A stretch of DNA of 64,000 nucleotides, taken from positions 17,358 through 81,357 of the forward strand of contig JBGAIN010000012.1 of the NCBI GenBank assembly GCA_044225505.1. Direction: 5' to 3'. The notes beneath the pieces were generated by a model. The model ran no database searches. It had not been told where the DNA came from and saw only the letters and a list, made by a program, of their open reading frames with translations. A program made the translations under genes and the position numbers. Every line of letters starts with the position of its first letter. Within the stretch, counting starts at the first letter, position 1. Positions 19,805 through 30,799 of the stretch are shown piece after piece. Source of the DNA: Limisphaerales bacterium. Its GTDB lineage: Bacteria; Verrucomicrobiota; Verrucomicrobiia; Limisphaerales; SIBE01.

Positions 19805-20766
19805 GAATCATCGTCGTCGCAAAGGTAGGCCGGCTCTTCCACCTCAGTTCGGCTGAGTTTCGTGAGGCCGAATGGCGACGAAAACTTGCCGAGCCGCTTT
19901 TTCCGTTCGAGCCATTCGCAGGCTGACTCGAGATGCCAGGGATACAGCTGCGAATGAGCAAAGTGATCCGCAAGTTCGCTGAGGGGGATCAGCCGCTTCT
20001 CTTTTCGCAGAAAGCGCAGCACAGGGCGCAACCGAGCTTCGGCATGCTCCTCGAGATAGGCATCCAGCGTCACCAAAGTTCTCTGAAGGCTCTCCGCTGT
20101 GCGCGGAGAGGCCAATACGTCCAAATAAATTCTGCGCATCAACTCCGGCGCCAATACCAGAGCCCGGTGAATCGCCAAACCTTCATACACTTCTCCGGAT
20201 GCGATCACTTCCGCCGCCGCGACACAATGGGCGCCGCCGAGCAATTCCTGGAAGGCCAATTCCAGGTCGCGTTGATTTTCGAGTAGACGTGCCGCGTGAC
20301 GATGCGCATGAATCAGCCACGTCGTGGCAACGCAGAGCTCCCTCTCTTGATCGCGTCGGGCCATGGAATCGGCCTCCTCGAACCATGTGGCCAAAGAAGG
20401 GTCCATCGAATAGAGAAGCTGCCGTCGCGCGAAGAAGCTGAAACGGAATGCGGTTCGTGCGGAACCTTCCACCATGCGTTTAAAACGACTTCGCGGAATA
20501 AGCTCAACGTGCAGGCTGACGCCTTCTTCCACCAGCGTCCGGAACACTCGAGGATCCTCGCCATCAGCACGAAAGCGTTTTGTAACCCCATCCTTCTCGA
20601 TCAGCCAGAGATGGATCGAGTCCCGACGCCAAATCGTTTCCTCCGTCAGACTCCCAATCAAGACTGCGGCCAGAACATTGGGGTCGTTACGAAGGCGCGG
20701 CAGGAAGAGCTGCAGCGCTTTTTCGAAACGCACCATTTTTTGTGGCATGGATTCAATCATTGGCAT
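19801..20766 (-). CDS. Hypothetical protein, possibly a degenerate nucleotidyltransferase-like fold.
   Basis: A 321-aa ORF whose stop overlaps the uvrA start (19801-19804). Its N-terminus [24 protein letters not shown] loosely resembles the GS...D.D nucleotidyltransferase motif. This is a weak call. Confidence 0.6.
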
Positions 20767-21228
20767 CCTTAGCCGATCGCCGGCCTAACGGCATCGAGAT
20801 TTATCGTTGTTGTGGCGAAACAACCATTCGCCGAAAACCATTCTACAGGAACTTGCCGACGAGTTTTCCTTGACGCTCGTTTGTGCGCAAGAACGGATTG
20901 TGCCGGTTGCTTGTCCCGCCGGTATCCGATCGTCGTGCCCTATCAAACGGCTGGAACGACATAGCATCGCAGTCCACGTTCTCCGACGGGATGCCCGTGA
21001 TAAGAATAAGCGTTGGCCTGGAGGGGGGGGCCGTTTCGGGCCATAAAGATTTAAACCACGGCTTGTCATTTTCGAACGCCGTTGGTCCGTTTGAAGGAGT
21101 GGACAAATAGGGGTGAAACATGGACCATCAGCATCGTGAAACGCTCTGGCTTTAGAAAGAGTCGCGTGCGTCCGAATCGCATGCTGAACATGGGATTGGG
21201 ACCAGAGGCCTGAGCCGCGATTTCAATC

Positions 21229-22662
21229 ATGGTTCTGAGCAGATTCTGGTCGGTGATGATCGTGGCAAGCATCTTGTATCTCCTTGCGATGCTTGCCACG
21301 GGACGTTTGTACACGCTGGGGCATGTGGTCAACGGCAAGCAAGGAGATCCAGTTATCCGTGCTGAGATCTCCGCGGCTGATTTCCAGCGGCAAGACCCGA
21401 TCCACTTCGCGGCATTGCAAACCAACAATCTCCGCCGCGTTCAGAGCGGTGACACCGTTTACCAACTGACGGACAACGACCTGGTCCAGATCTGCAATGG
21501 CCGACAGCGCGCAGACGGCATTTTTGCAACGTGCCGAAACACGATCATGGACCTCTGGCTGCCGCTCATTGGGTATCTGACGTTTTTCTGTGGATTGCTT
21601 CACTTGCTCGGCAATTCTGACGCCATGGAAAAACTGGCGAAACTTTTGACGCCATTATTTCAAAGAATATTTCCCGGCCTCCCATTGGGTCACGCGGCCT
21701 ACGGTTACATGACCATGAACTTTGCTGCTAACTTCCTCGGACTCGATAACGCCGCCACACCCTTCGGCCTGAAGGCGATGGAGAGCATGCAGGAGGCAAA
21801 CCCCGATAAATCCCGAGCATCCGACAGCCAGATCATGTTTCTGTGTTTGCATGCCGCCGGTTTGACGCTCCTCCCGACGTCCATCATAGGGTATCGGGCA
21901 GCGCAGCACGCTTCCAATCCGTCGGACATTATGGTGCCGACGATCATTACGTCGCTTTTTGGAACGATCGCTGCCCTCGCCTTGGTAAGTCTCAAACAAC
22001 GTATTAACCTCTTCAACTGGGTGATCCTGTCGATGGTGGGAGGTCTCAGTGCCGCCGTCAGTTCGTTGATGGTTTACATCCTTCGTCTGAGCGGATCGGA
22101 AAAACTCCATTTCACATCAAACCTCAGTAACGGAGTGTTACTCAGCATCATTCTCATCATTCTGACCTACTGTCTCTTCAAGGAGCGAGCTTTCCGCGAC
22201 AAGCAAACGAATATCTTCGATTCATTCGTGACCGGCGCTCGGGACGGCTTTACGACTGGCCTCCGAGTATTGCCTTACATGATTGCCATGCTCGTTGCTC
22301 TCAGCATCTTTAGAAACTCTGGACTGATGGACATCGCCATGAACGGCATTAGCGCGACTCTGAGCTTTTTTCATGTCGCGTCATGGGTCACAGATGCCAT
22401 TCCCGTGGCAATCATGCGCCCCTTCAGCCCGGGCGGTTCGCGTGGATTCATGCTCGACGCTATGAAAACGTTCGGCCCGGACAGTCTTACCGGGAGACTC
22501 TCCTGCCTGTTCCAAGGAGCGGCAGAGACGACTTTTTATGTGATCGCACTTTACTTCGGCTCAGTGAACGTGAAGGACACACGTTATACATTGGGCATCA
22601 TGTTACTGGTGGATATCGTGTGCGTGCTGACGGCCATTGTAGTGTGTCGACTCTATTTCTGA
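21229..22662 (+). CDS. Nucleoside-recognition (Gate) domain membrane protein, a fused SpmA/SpmB-like protein.
   Basis: 477 aa and polytopic. NFAANFLGLDNAATPFGLKAMESMQEANP...IMFLCLHAAGLTLLPTSIIGYRA resembles SpmA. The second half (FVTGARDGFTTGLRVLPYMIAMLVALSIFRNSGL) resembles SpmB. Confidence 0.75.
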   Translation: MVLSRFWSVMIVASILYLLAMLATGRLYTLGHVVNGKQGDPVIRAEISAADFQRQDPIHFAALQTNNLRRVQSGDTVYQLTDNDLVQICNGRQRADGIFATCRNTIMDLWLPLIGYLTFFCGLLHLLGNSDAMEKLAKLLTPLFQRIFPGLPLGHAAYGYMTMNFAANFLGLDNAATPFGLKAMESMQEANPDKSRASDSQIMFLCLHAAGLTLLPTSIIGYRAAQHASNPSDIMVPTIITSLFGTIAALALVSLKQRINLFNWVILSMVGGLSAAVSSLMVYILRLSGSEKLHFTSNLSNGVLLSIILIILTYCLFKERAFRDKQTNIFDSFVTGARDGFTTGLRVLPYMIAMLVALSIFRNSGLMDIAMNGISATLSFFHVASWVTDAIPVAIMRPFSPGGSRGFMLDAMKTFGPDSLTGRLSCLFQGAAETTFYVIALYFGSVNVKDTRYTLGIMLLVDIVCVLTAIVVCRLYF

Positions 22663-22899
22663 TTCGCGGTGCGCTGGTATTACGGCAACTGGCCGCGGGC
22701 TAATCTGCCCGCAGGGGTTGCGTCGACGCGGCCGAGTTCTCGACCTCGTTTCGCAGGATCCGCCCCCCCGTGTGCGTTCGTCGAAGGAATGAAACCGTCT
22801 CCACCAAAGACGGTAATGGCCGAGGCATGGTTTCTTCACGCTCTTGATTTGATCTCCGTGGATTATCCTTGAAGGAACGCGATCAATCTGGGAACAGCA

Positions 22900-24219
22900 T
22901 TGCCTATGAATAAAACCGTGGCGTTTGGTCTCCTCCTGGCCCTTGGATGCCTTTTCGGCTCAATCACAAAAGCAGCTACCCCGGCAAAGGATCGAAATGT
23001 CGTCGTGATTAGTTTGGATGGGTTTCCCGGATTTGCGTTGGAAGATCCAAAGTCACCAGTCCCGACTCTCCGGCGCTTGATTCAAGAAGGGACGTGGTGC
23101 CGAATGTCGACGATCAATCCCACAATTACATGGCCAAATCATACGGCGATGGTAACTGGAGTAGGTGCGGATGAACATGGTCTATTAGTGAACGGGACCA
23201 TCTTATCCACCAACGGGTGGCCGCCGATCCGGGTTGATCCATATCTCCCCAAGCAGCAAATGGTTCACGCACCGACAGTCTATGACGCGGTTTTCAAGGC
23301 TGGCCTCACGACTGCACAAGTGGACTGGGTCGCCATCAACGACGCACCGACAATCACTTGGCCGTTTAGCGAATGGGCCTCGACTTCTGGACCTGTGGAG
23401 CGCGAGATGCTGGCACGCGGGGTCATTTCCGCCGCGGAAGTTCAGGATTTCACAAAGTTCAACATATTGTGGCGCGATCAGATTTGGACCAGGGCCGCAG
23501 CCTATATCACTCGGGAGCATCGGCCGAACCTGATGCTGTTCCACCTCCTTTCACTGGATTCCATGCACCACAAATACGGGCCTGGAAGCCTGGCCGCCCA
23601 GGGAGCAATGGCTTTTGTCGATAGCTGCGTTGCGCAAGTGGTAGAAGCCGTTCGTCAGGCGGGAATGACTCCAAACACGACTTTTCTGATCGTTTCCGAT
23701 CATGGATTCAAGGGTTACACGAACGAGATTCGAGCGAACATCGCCCTGGAAGCGAACGGCCTTGGCAAAGAGGTTTATGTCTTGCCGGAAGGAGGCACTG
23801 GATTTGTTTATCTCGGTCCTGGAAGTGGACTTGAAGTGTTGGGGAAGGCCAGAGAGGTTCTGCAGGCCGTTGAGGGCATCTCCGAAGTCATCGGACAAGA
23901 CCGCTTTGCGGCGCTCGGTCTACCCATACCAGAACGAGACCCACAGATGTTCCAACTGTTGCTGGCGGCCAAGCCTGGCTACTCGTTCTCAGGCGCTAAA
24001 GGTGGGCCGGTCACTGCGGCCGTTCCCCAACAGGCGGGCAGCCACGGGTATCTCGCCAGCGATCCGGACCTGGACGCCATCTTCATTGCGAGCGGCTGCA
24101 GTGTGACTCCTGGCAAAAAGCTGGATCGAATCGCCAACATTGATGTTGCGCCAACGATTGCCAAGCTGTTGAACGTGCCGTTTGAAACGAAGAGAGCCAG
24201 GCCGATACCGTTGGAATAG
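22900..24219 (+). CDS. Type I phosphodiesterase / nucleotide pyrophosphatase family (alkaline-phosphatase superfamily), secreted.
   Basis: Signal peptide MPMNKTVAFGLLLALGCLFGSITKA. Motifs VVVISLDGFPG, TWPNHTAMVTG, LIVSDHGF and AGSHGY are present. Confidence 0.85.
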   Translation: MPMNKTVAFGLLLALGCLFGSITKAATPAKDRNVVVISLDGFPGFALEDPKSPVPTLRRLIQEGTWCRMSTINPTITWPNHTAMVTGVGADEHGLLVNGTILSTNGWPPIRVDPYLPKQQMVHAPTVYDAVFKAGLTTAQVDWVAINDAPTITWPFSEWASTSGPVEREMLARGVISAAEVQDFTKFNILWRDQIWTRAAAYITREHRPNLMLFHLLSLDSMHHKYGPGSLAAQGAMAFVDSCVAQVVEAVRQAGMTPNTTFLIVSDHGFKGYTNEIRANIALEANGLGKEVYVLPEGGTGFVYLGPGSGLEVLGKAREVLQAVEGISEVIGQDRFAALGLPIPERDPQMFQLLLAAKPGYSFSGAKGGPVTAAVPQQAGSHGYLASDPDLDAIFIASGCSVTPGKKLDRIANIDVAPTIAKLLNVPFETKRARPIPLE

Positions 24220-24248
24220 CAGAATCGAAGCCCCCAGACCGCGCAGCT

Positions 24249-25431
24249 TCACGGCTTTTGGATTCGAAACACAGGTTGCGTCCAAGCGATTTCCCCGTCC
24301 GAATTGACCACACGAGCGCGGACGTAGAGTTCCCTTCCGGTGAATTCGTAGGTTGGGTGCAGTGATTCGTCGACCTTCAAAATTGCTCCGCCCTGCCCTA
24401 TGAATTCTGTGCGGTAAAGTTGAGGATTGGCATTTGGCAGAGACCAGCCCAAATCGCGTGAGCGGTCGCTGAGAACGAGACGCACGCCTGTTACAGTGAC
24501 TTCATAGGACTCAAGCACCACGCCGGTGCTGGCATAAAAGTCGCCTCGCCTCATGGCGTCTAAGAGAGCGCGGACGCTAAGTTCAGCCGCACGTACCATG
24601 ATCCACGCTTTCCCGGGATTCGATAGTCGACCCCCGCTTTCTCGACTGAGGATATACTCTCCAAAATGATGCGCGTCATCCACCGCAGTCCCGTAAAGAA
24701 CGCGCCCCTGAGTCAGAACGGCATCCCAAACTTGCTCCGTGGACGGTTTACCCCCTCCCCCCAGATTGTTCATGCCAGGTTCGGTGTTCCAAATTTCAAA
24801 AAACCGCGGATGAGCGCCTTGATCCGAGGCAACCAGGTCCGCAGCAGTCACTGCATAAGTCAAATTGGGATGCGCGGCAATGGGCAGCCCAGCCCAGCTA
24901 TCCGAGAACTGCAACTGCGATATGCCAGCAAGATCAGGTTGCCGTTCGATGCCAAATCCGATCGTATCCTGATCTGTTCGCGGTTGAACCTGATCTTCAG
25001 CTGGTTCGATTCCAGGACGACGGGAATCCTTGAGGCGTCAGCGCGCCCTTTATCGGCGTGAAATGAATGAGGTCGGTAACTGAAACAAATTAAGGTATTA
25101 ACTCTCGATACCAACGCACCACCGCATCGGGAGAGGTCGTTGGGAGTTGCGCGACGCCCCAGTTAGCATGGGTGTGGACAGCGCCTTTGAACCAGGTCCC
25201 GGGCCCTGGGTCCGCCCAGACCATTTGCACTGAGTCAACGCCGCTGGCAATCAGAAAGGCCACCCAACCTAACAGCTTGGTGCATTGGGCTGCGATACGG
25301 AGGCAGGATACCATCTGCCGAAAAGTCTTGGTCATAGTTCGCCGTTGCACAACCGTCAGTTCACGCTGGGCGGGTGGATTCGAGGACATTCTCACCTTCC
25401 ATTCAACCGTCCTCCCCGGGCTGCATGCCAC
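24249..25431 (-). pseudogene. PHP-domain (CehA/McbA-like) metallohydrolase, disrupted by a nonsense codon and a frameshift.
   Basis: The N-terminal piece ...WFKGAVHTHANWG...SPDAVVRWYRELIP ends at the TAA at 25090-25092. The same frame continues FVSVTDLIHFTPIKGALTPQG. A frame change is then needed to join DSRRPGIEPAEDQ...QFSDSWAGLPIAAHPN...VDDAHHFGE...GKAWIMVRAAELSVRALLDAMRRGDFYASTG (24249-24914). Confidence 0.7.
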
Positions 25432-25771
25432 GTCGCCTTCCTAAAGTTGGCCATGCACGAGACATGCTTTAGCCTCGGTATTAAGGCCGCCTCGGCCGAG
25501 CAGTCAAAACCGCATCGGCAATAGCTGCAAGCCCAATTTCTCCATGAATTAGCGCCGGCCCTCGATCCGCGATTCATCCCCGGCGTTTGTGTTCACAAAC
25601 CCTCTGCCAAATACAATCCTCTCCGACCCCCCACGAACACTACGGGAGATTGCAGGAACAATCACTTGTCACCTCGACGACAGAGTCTGAGAAGGCATCT
25701 TTTGCTGGCCGTTAGCGGACTTGTCTTGACGAAAGATAACAGCGAAGATTCGGCGAAACGCCTTTCAACCT

Positions 25772-26370
25772 ATGATCGAGACCGTCCTTTTCCTACTGGT
25801 TGCCGCCACAACCCTAGCTCTGTCGTCCGCCAGCGCCGAAGACACGTGGATTCCCCTGTTCAATGGCAAGGACCTGACCGGTTCGACAGTTCGCGGAAAG
25901 GCGAAGTGGTCGGTGGAAAATGGCGTTCTTGTGGGCGTCGGCGGCATGGGTCACATCTACACGGACGCTACTTGCTCCGATTTTGAAGCCGGTAGGTTTC
26001 GCGTCACGAACGAAGGAGCGACTCCCAATAGTGGGTTTTATTTCTCGGCCAGCTGCCGACGGATGATGTGAATGGCTTTCCCCGCGGCTATGAAGCGCAA
26101 ATCTGTAACCACGGTAGCGGAGCGACCGGTTGGCTCTGGAAACCGGGGAAACCGACTGGCAAAGCGGCCGAACTGCTCACGAAAGACGGCGAGTGGATTA
26201 GCTATCGAATTCGGGCCGTAGGGAGCCAGATCCAGTTCTGGATCAATGAAAAACTGGTGATGACCTACAGTGACGAAGAGTACAAGTCCGGACACTTTGC
26301 GATTCAAGGACACAACCCTGGCATGAAGGTCGAAGCCAAGGAACTGTTCTATCGCGAATTGAACAAATAG
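25772..26370 (+). pseudogene. DUF1080 / 3-keto-disaccharide hydrolase domain protein split by a frameshift.
   Basis: ORF1 reads ...DTWIPLFNGKDLTGSTVRGKAKWSVENGVLVG...NSGFYFSAS. ORF2 reads (V)NGFPRGYEAQICNHGSGATGWLW...GEWISYRIRAVGSQIQFWINEKLV...GHFAIQGHNPGMKVEAKELFYRELNK. Together they form one canonical DUF1080 domain, and the two frames overlap at 26032-26071. Confidence 0.75.
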
Positions 26371-26547
26371 CCTGTGGAAAGAATCAGGCCTTAGGAAATG
26401 CCCGGACGCAATCAGCGTCAGAATCCCGTCGCCGACGGCGCTGTTTCCTGACTACTTCTGCGCGCGGTGGCCAACATGCCCCCTTGACTGATCGGTTTCG
26501 GAGTTATCCGAATTGGACATCAAACGAGCCGATCTCCGGCGCACAAT

Positions 26548-26772
26548 TCAACGGAGGCGCCAGGTGATGCGCCCCTTGTTCAAGTCGTAGGGCGACATTT
26601 CCATCTTAACACGATCACCGGCAGCAATTCGCACCCAGCGTTTTCGCATTTTGCCGCAAATAGTCGCCAACACGACGTGCTTATTTGGCAGTGCGACACG
26701 AAACATCGTGCCCGGGAGCACACTCGCAACGACGCCTTCAACCTCAATATGTTCTTCTTTTAACGGATTCAT
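26548..26772 (-). CDS. infA: Translation initiation factor IF-1.
   Basis: 74 aa: [65 protein letters not shown]. Confidence 0.95.
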   Translation of the reverse strand: MNPLKEEHIEVEGVVASVLPGTMFRVALPNKHVVLATICGKMRKRWVRIAAGDRVKMEMSPYDLNKGRITWRLR

Positions 26773-26844
26773 TCTGCATCCCTGGGTATTTCAAAACCGC
26801 TCGTGAATCGTTGAGCCTCTAAAACGTTCAGGACGCAACGAGGA

Positions 26845-26882
26845 CAAATAAAAGAGCGAGGCGGGTTGCCCCAACCTCGCTC
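26845..26882 (-). terminator. Putative intrinsic terminator downstream of the RRM protein gene.
   Basis: The minus strand reads GAGCGAGG-(13 nt)-CCTCGCTC followed by TTTTATTTG. The stems lie at 26875-26882 and 26854-26861. Confidence 0.5.
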
Positions 26883-26899
26883 CCGGAATGCGTTTCGGA

Positions 26900-27226
26900 T
26901 TAATATCGGCTGCTCGATCCGCTGTTTTCGCGGCGGCCGCCACCGAATCCTCGACTACCACCGCCGCTACGCTCTTCGCGCGGCTTGGCGATGTTCACCG
27001 TCAACGCGCGACCGTCCAGGGATTTGCCATTGAGCGTGTCAATCGCGGCTTGCGCCTCTTCAGGCGTGCTCATGGTGACGAAACCGAAGCCACGTGGGCG
27101 TCCGGTCTCGCGATCCGTCATGAGATTCGCTTCAACCACGGTACCGCAAGCGGCAAAAGTGTCTTGAAGACTGGTTTGGGTAGCGTTGAAGGAAAGGTTT
27201 CCAACGAACAATTTGCTATTACTCAT
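26900..27226 (-). CDS. RRM-type (RNP-1) RNA-binding protein with a Gly/Arg-rich tail.
   Basis: [12 protein letters not shown] (RNP-2), RGFGFVTM (RNP-1), and a C-terminal [13 protein letters not shown]. Confidence 0.9.
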   Translation of the reverse strand: MSNSKLFVGNLSFNATQTSLQDTFAACGTVVEANLMTDRETGRPRGFGFVTMSTPEEAQAAIDTLNGKSLDGRALTVNIAKPREERSGGGSRGFGGGRRENSGSSSRY

Positions 27227-27664
27227 TTATGTGATGTTCTGCAGACGAACCCGTGGCTCCAAGCTGTTCCCGACCGCCGGGTTTCGAATCATCACTGAAC
27301 CAAGTTCACCTGAGGATTTACCAGACTTTGAAACTGAGAAGCTATCTAGCGAACGGCACCATCATCGCCGCGTTTTCGGAAAAAGCAAATTATTCCGCCA
27401 TAAATCTTGAGCTTGCGTCGCGGGATCGCGCGCCGTCTGTTCCCTGGTAACACCCCCGCAAGGCGCGCTTCTCCTCCAACACGCTGGGGACCAAGGCCCT
27501 TAGCTCCTGACACCGGGCGCCAGTCCGCCATTCTGCCGCCGACGCCGGAAGCTGCGTTCGCCTCGAACCACGGACGAACGGGCTCGCTTCCTCAGCCGCT
27601 TGCTGAGTTCACGACCGACATAGCATTTGAGCAGAGAGCTCGAGCTCAAGGCACTGTTCGCCAC

Positions 27665-28344
27665 CTACGGAAAGTAAAACTGCAGTGTGCCATCGTCCGT
27701 CTCGGTAGCCGGGTCGTAACCAGTCAGCGTCTTCACAACACTGGCGTCGTTTAGCTGCTGGACCGAGTTATCCCCCAGCACCACCATGCCCACATTCGCT
27801 CGGCGACAAATTCCTTCGCCATTTATGGACCGCGCCCTGTTCTGCCGAGTTGAGGACGAAACAATTGATGTTTTCGGGCAGGCCCGTGAAATCGAATCCG
27901 GTCAGGTTTCTATCCATCGCCAAGATGACCCGCGGTCTTTTTTCATCCGCCTCATTGCAGAGGGCATAGCTCACGTTGGTCAACGAGATGGTTGCGAAGT
28001 TTGTCGCCGGGACGCGGCGCACATCATTGGGACAGAGCAGAATCTTGGTGGAAGCAAGTTCGTTCGAGACAAGGGAAAGCTGGAAGTTAACTTTGGCATT
28101 GTCCGTCCCATTGGGCTGTCCTCCTCCACGAGACTGATCAACCTTCACAGGAACTTTCCGTCATTGTTGTCAGCCCTGTACATCGCCAGCCCTGCCTGCC
28201 AGGAGACATTTCAGGCAATCCTCTGCCTTTCACTTTGGCCCGGCTGGGGCCAGCAGCAACAATCAGCGAGGATGGCGATGATCACCAATGATACAACAAT
28301 TCAATTAGAGTAAAGGCAAGTGTTGTTGGCCGCAGCACTTTCAT
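27665..28344 (-). pseudogene. Prepilin-type N-terminal cleavage/methylation-domain (type II secretion pseudopilin-like) protein with multiple frameshifts.
   Basis: Manual translation gives MKVLRPTTLAFTLIELL, then frame breaks through LVIIAILA / AGLAMYRADNNDGKF. The track ORF follows (KVDQS...KILLCPNDV...). A further shift leads to RANVGMVVLGDNSVQQLNDASVVKTLTGYD...QFYFP, with the stop at 27665-27667. Confidence 0.7.
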
Positions 28345-28362
28345 CCTACGTCGAGGTCAGAA

Positions 28363-30547
28363 TTACAGGTCTTTCGCCCAACGTCGCCTCAAATGGCGGC
28401 GACGAACTGGGAGGCATGCCAGGTCGCGTGAGGTCGACCACCGAAGAACTGGGGCCTCGCCCAGGACGTTGGTGCTCGTGACCAAGGCCTCGTGGGCAAC
28501 CTGACCGCCGATCCCGCCGTCGCTGTCAGGACCTTCTACCTTCGCAGAACTCACAGGGCTTATAATAAAGTCACACCGCGTTGAAACGGACTTCGACGTT
28601 TCTGTCATCGACCTCGCAGGTACTGAGTTGACTTCCGAGTTCAGGACGGATCCATCGTAAAACCTCCGCGCCAGTTCCCAAGCAGTTCTGCCGACCTCGG
28701 CCCCCACGCGGCGTCCGGTCAAATCGTCCGCAGGCGGGTGTATTCCACCCCAGATCCGCGAAAGACCAACCTGATCCGCGGCATCGAAGTATGAGGCCAT
28801 TGCGAAGTGACCAGTGCTGTTAGCCCTGCTTCGTTAATTAACTTCGCAATCGATAGCGAAGCTCCCGAGGCCATTCGGAAACCACTTGGAGCCGGTGAAT
28901 GCCGTCACAGCTTCAACCGCCGTATAAAGTACCGCCTGACCCATTGCATGTATCACTGGAAACATGCCCAGGGCCAATAAGGTCTTCTTTGATAAGATCA
29001 ATCTTCAGCATGGAACCAATGAACATCGCTGACCTCGGTATCAGGAAATTCTGGCTGGCCCTGGCCAACAGAAGACCGCGGTACCTGGGGTTAGTCAGCA
29101 CTTAGCGGCCCGGCGACCGTATCGTGACTGATTCGATCAAATCTGGCACCAACGGTAAACCGTTGGTATGATAGAGAGTAAGCTTGGATCCTCGACCGAC
29201 ATAGCCACCGCAGTAACGGATCGCGCTGATGGGCCTCCCAACCTGGGCTATACTGCTTCACGCTCCAGGGCTGCACAAGCCGCATCGTGCAACTTATAGC
29301 GTTCAGCGAGTAAATTTAACATCCCATTCCAACCGATCGACTTCAGGCCCAGTCCCCGCAATGCGTTTGACGGGCGTGTCATCGGAAACATGGTTCGCAA
29401 TGGGTTCAATGGCCAGAGTTTCAGATGAAGGTCCATCCGCCCAGAATTCAGTGCAGTGCCCGGGTGAAGTCTCCGCGCAAGACGACGTTCGAGGCGTACG
29501 GTTGACCGGTCACAGGATTGGTCGCGTAACCTTGACCGTCATTAGCCCCCAGCGTGTTGTTCCCAACAGTTGTGGGCGAGATATCAATCAACACCCCATC
29601 GTTCGTCGTTAACTGACTGCTGAAACGAATGACAGTGACCAGACTTGACTTGAATTCGGCGTCCGTCAGCTGTTCTGGCGGAACGGAGGTGGACCAGGAT
29701 CGATCCAAGGTTTCTCAGATTCCATACGGCCGAGTGAGAACGCGCGCACCCAGAGCCACGGCGCCCCGGCATAACCGTGAAGGGGATTTTGCGGAAGACC
29801 ATTTTGGTCAATCGCATTCGCTACGATGAGGCGTTGCCAAATATTAATATCCATGACGGTGTGGTTCGTTCCATCCGTGATCCCGTGCAAAAACGGATTC
29901 AATGGCGGATTGAGAAAGGTATATCGCCGCGCATTTCCTACGGGGTAATCCGGATAAGCGATCGTGGGTTGGCGTCTGGAAAGGCATGCCCATTGGTTTG
30001 CAGAAAACCGTCGTTCAAAAACCACGCGGAGACAGCGTCGTAAATGCTATTTCCAACCCCAGCAGGCGTGGTCGTATCGCGTGAAGCATTGTTGGGGTCG
30101 TAGCCTACAGCGTTCATGAATTCAGGATTTCTGAGCGCCTGATTTGTCGCCGTTCGCGAGTAAGAAAGCCTCTCCACCATCATCCGGTACATCGCATAGC
30201 TAATCGCCTCGCGCCGCGCCGCTATAGATCCGCTGCTGTATGTTTACCGCGATAAACGAAGCCAACGGCATTCCAGACCATACGCCCCGCCTGCCATCGT
30301 ACATGCTGACGGAATAGGTGAACAAATTTCGGGCCTGCGCCGGAGGATGCGGTGTGTCCATTCAGATGCCTTCCAGCGCGCGCTCACTCCAATTCCGCGC
30401 AATAGAATAGTCTGGATTAGGCTGATACCAATTGATCACCGCGGCGCTGGCATGCGACGCGGCGACGAGCGCCAGACACGGAAGAACAAAGCGCTTCCAC
30501 AATCGATTAAATCCTCGAACAGGCGTATTTGAATTTGATCGGGACAT
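28363..30547 (-). pseudogene. Vanadium-dependent haloperoxidase-like / PAP2-superfamily protein, heavily frameshifted.
   Basis: Ordered fragments appear in changing frames. They read MSRSN...LALVAASHASAAVINWYQPNPDYSIARNWSERALEGI; (HPPAQARNLFTYSVSMYDG); NPEFMNAVGYDPNN...; YPDYPVGNARRYTFLNPPLNPF...; VTGQPYASNVVLRGDF; TAFTGSKWFPNG; and ...MASYFDAADQVGLSRIWGGIHPPADDLTGRRVGAEVGRTAWELARRFYDG (PAP2 C-terminal motif). Confidence 0.6.
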
Positions 30548-30799
30548 AGCCTAGGCATATCTACTACTGGATATTTCGGGAACTGTCTGGATCGATCTAC
30601 TCGCAAAATCTCAGATTCACCATGGCAAAGGGGTGAATAGCTGCGATTCAGGGGCCAAGTGCGTTTTCACAGGGGATGGGTGCTACGGGCCGATTCGATA
30701 ACCCGATTCGATCGGCGAGTCGCGTCTCTCGACCGGTATTAAACACATGCTGAAAGTTGCCTCCAGAGAGGCTCTTTCTGGACTCAGGGTTTCACTGAT

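Noticed and set aside
21066-21603. Minus-strand ORFs (120 and 126 aa) overlapping the start of the SpmA/SpmB-like gene.
   Set aside because: They are antisense to a clear polytopic membrane protein and have no motifs.
25001-25015. A tRNA-like T-arm (CTGG-TTCGATT-CCAG).
   Set aside because: No matching acceptor stem can be drawn around it. It also lies inside a frame that reads well as the PHP-domain protein (PGIEPAEDQ...).
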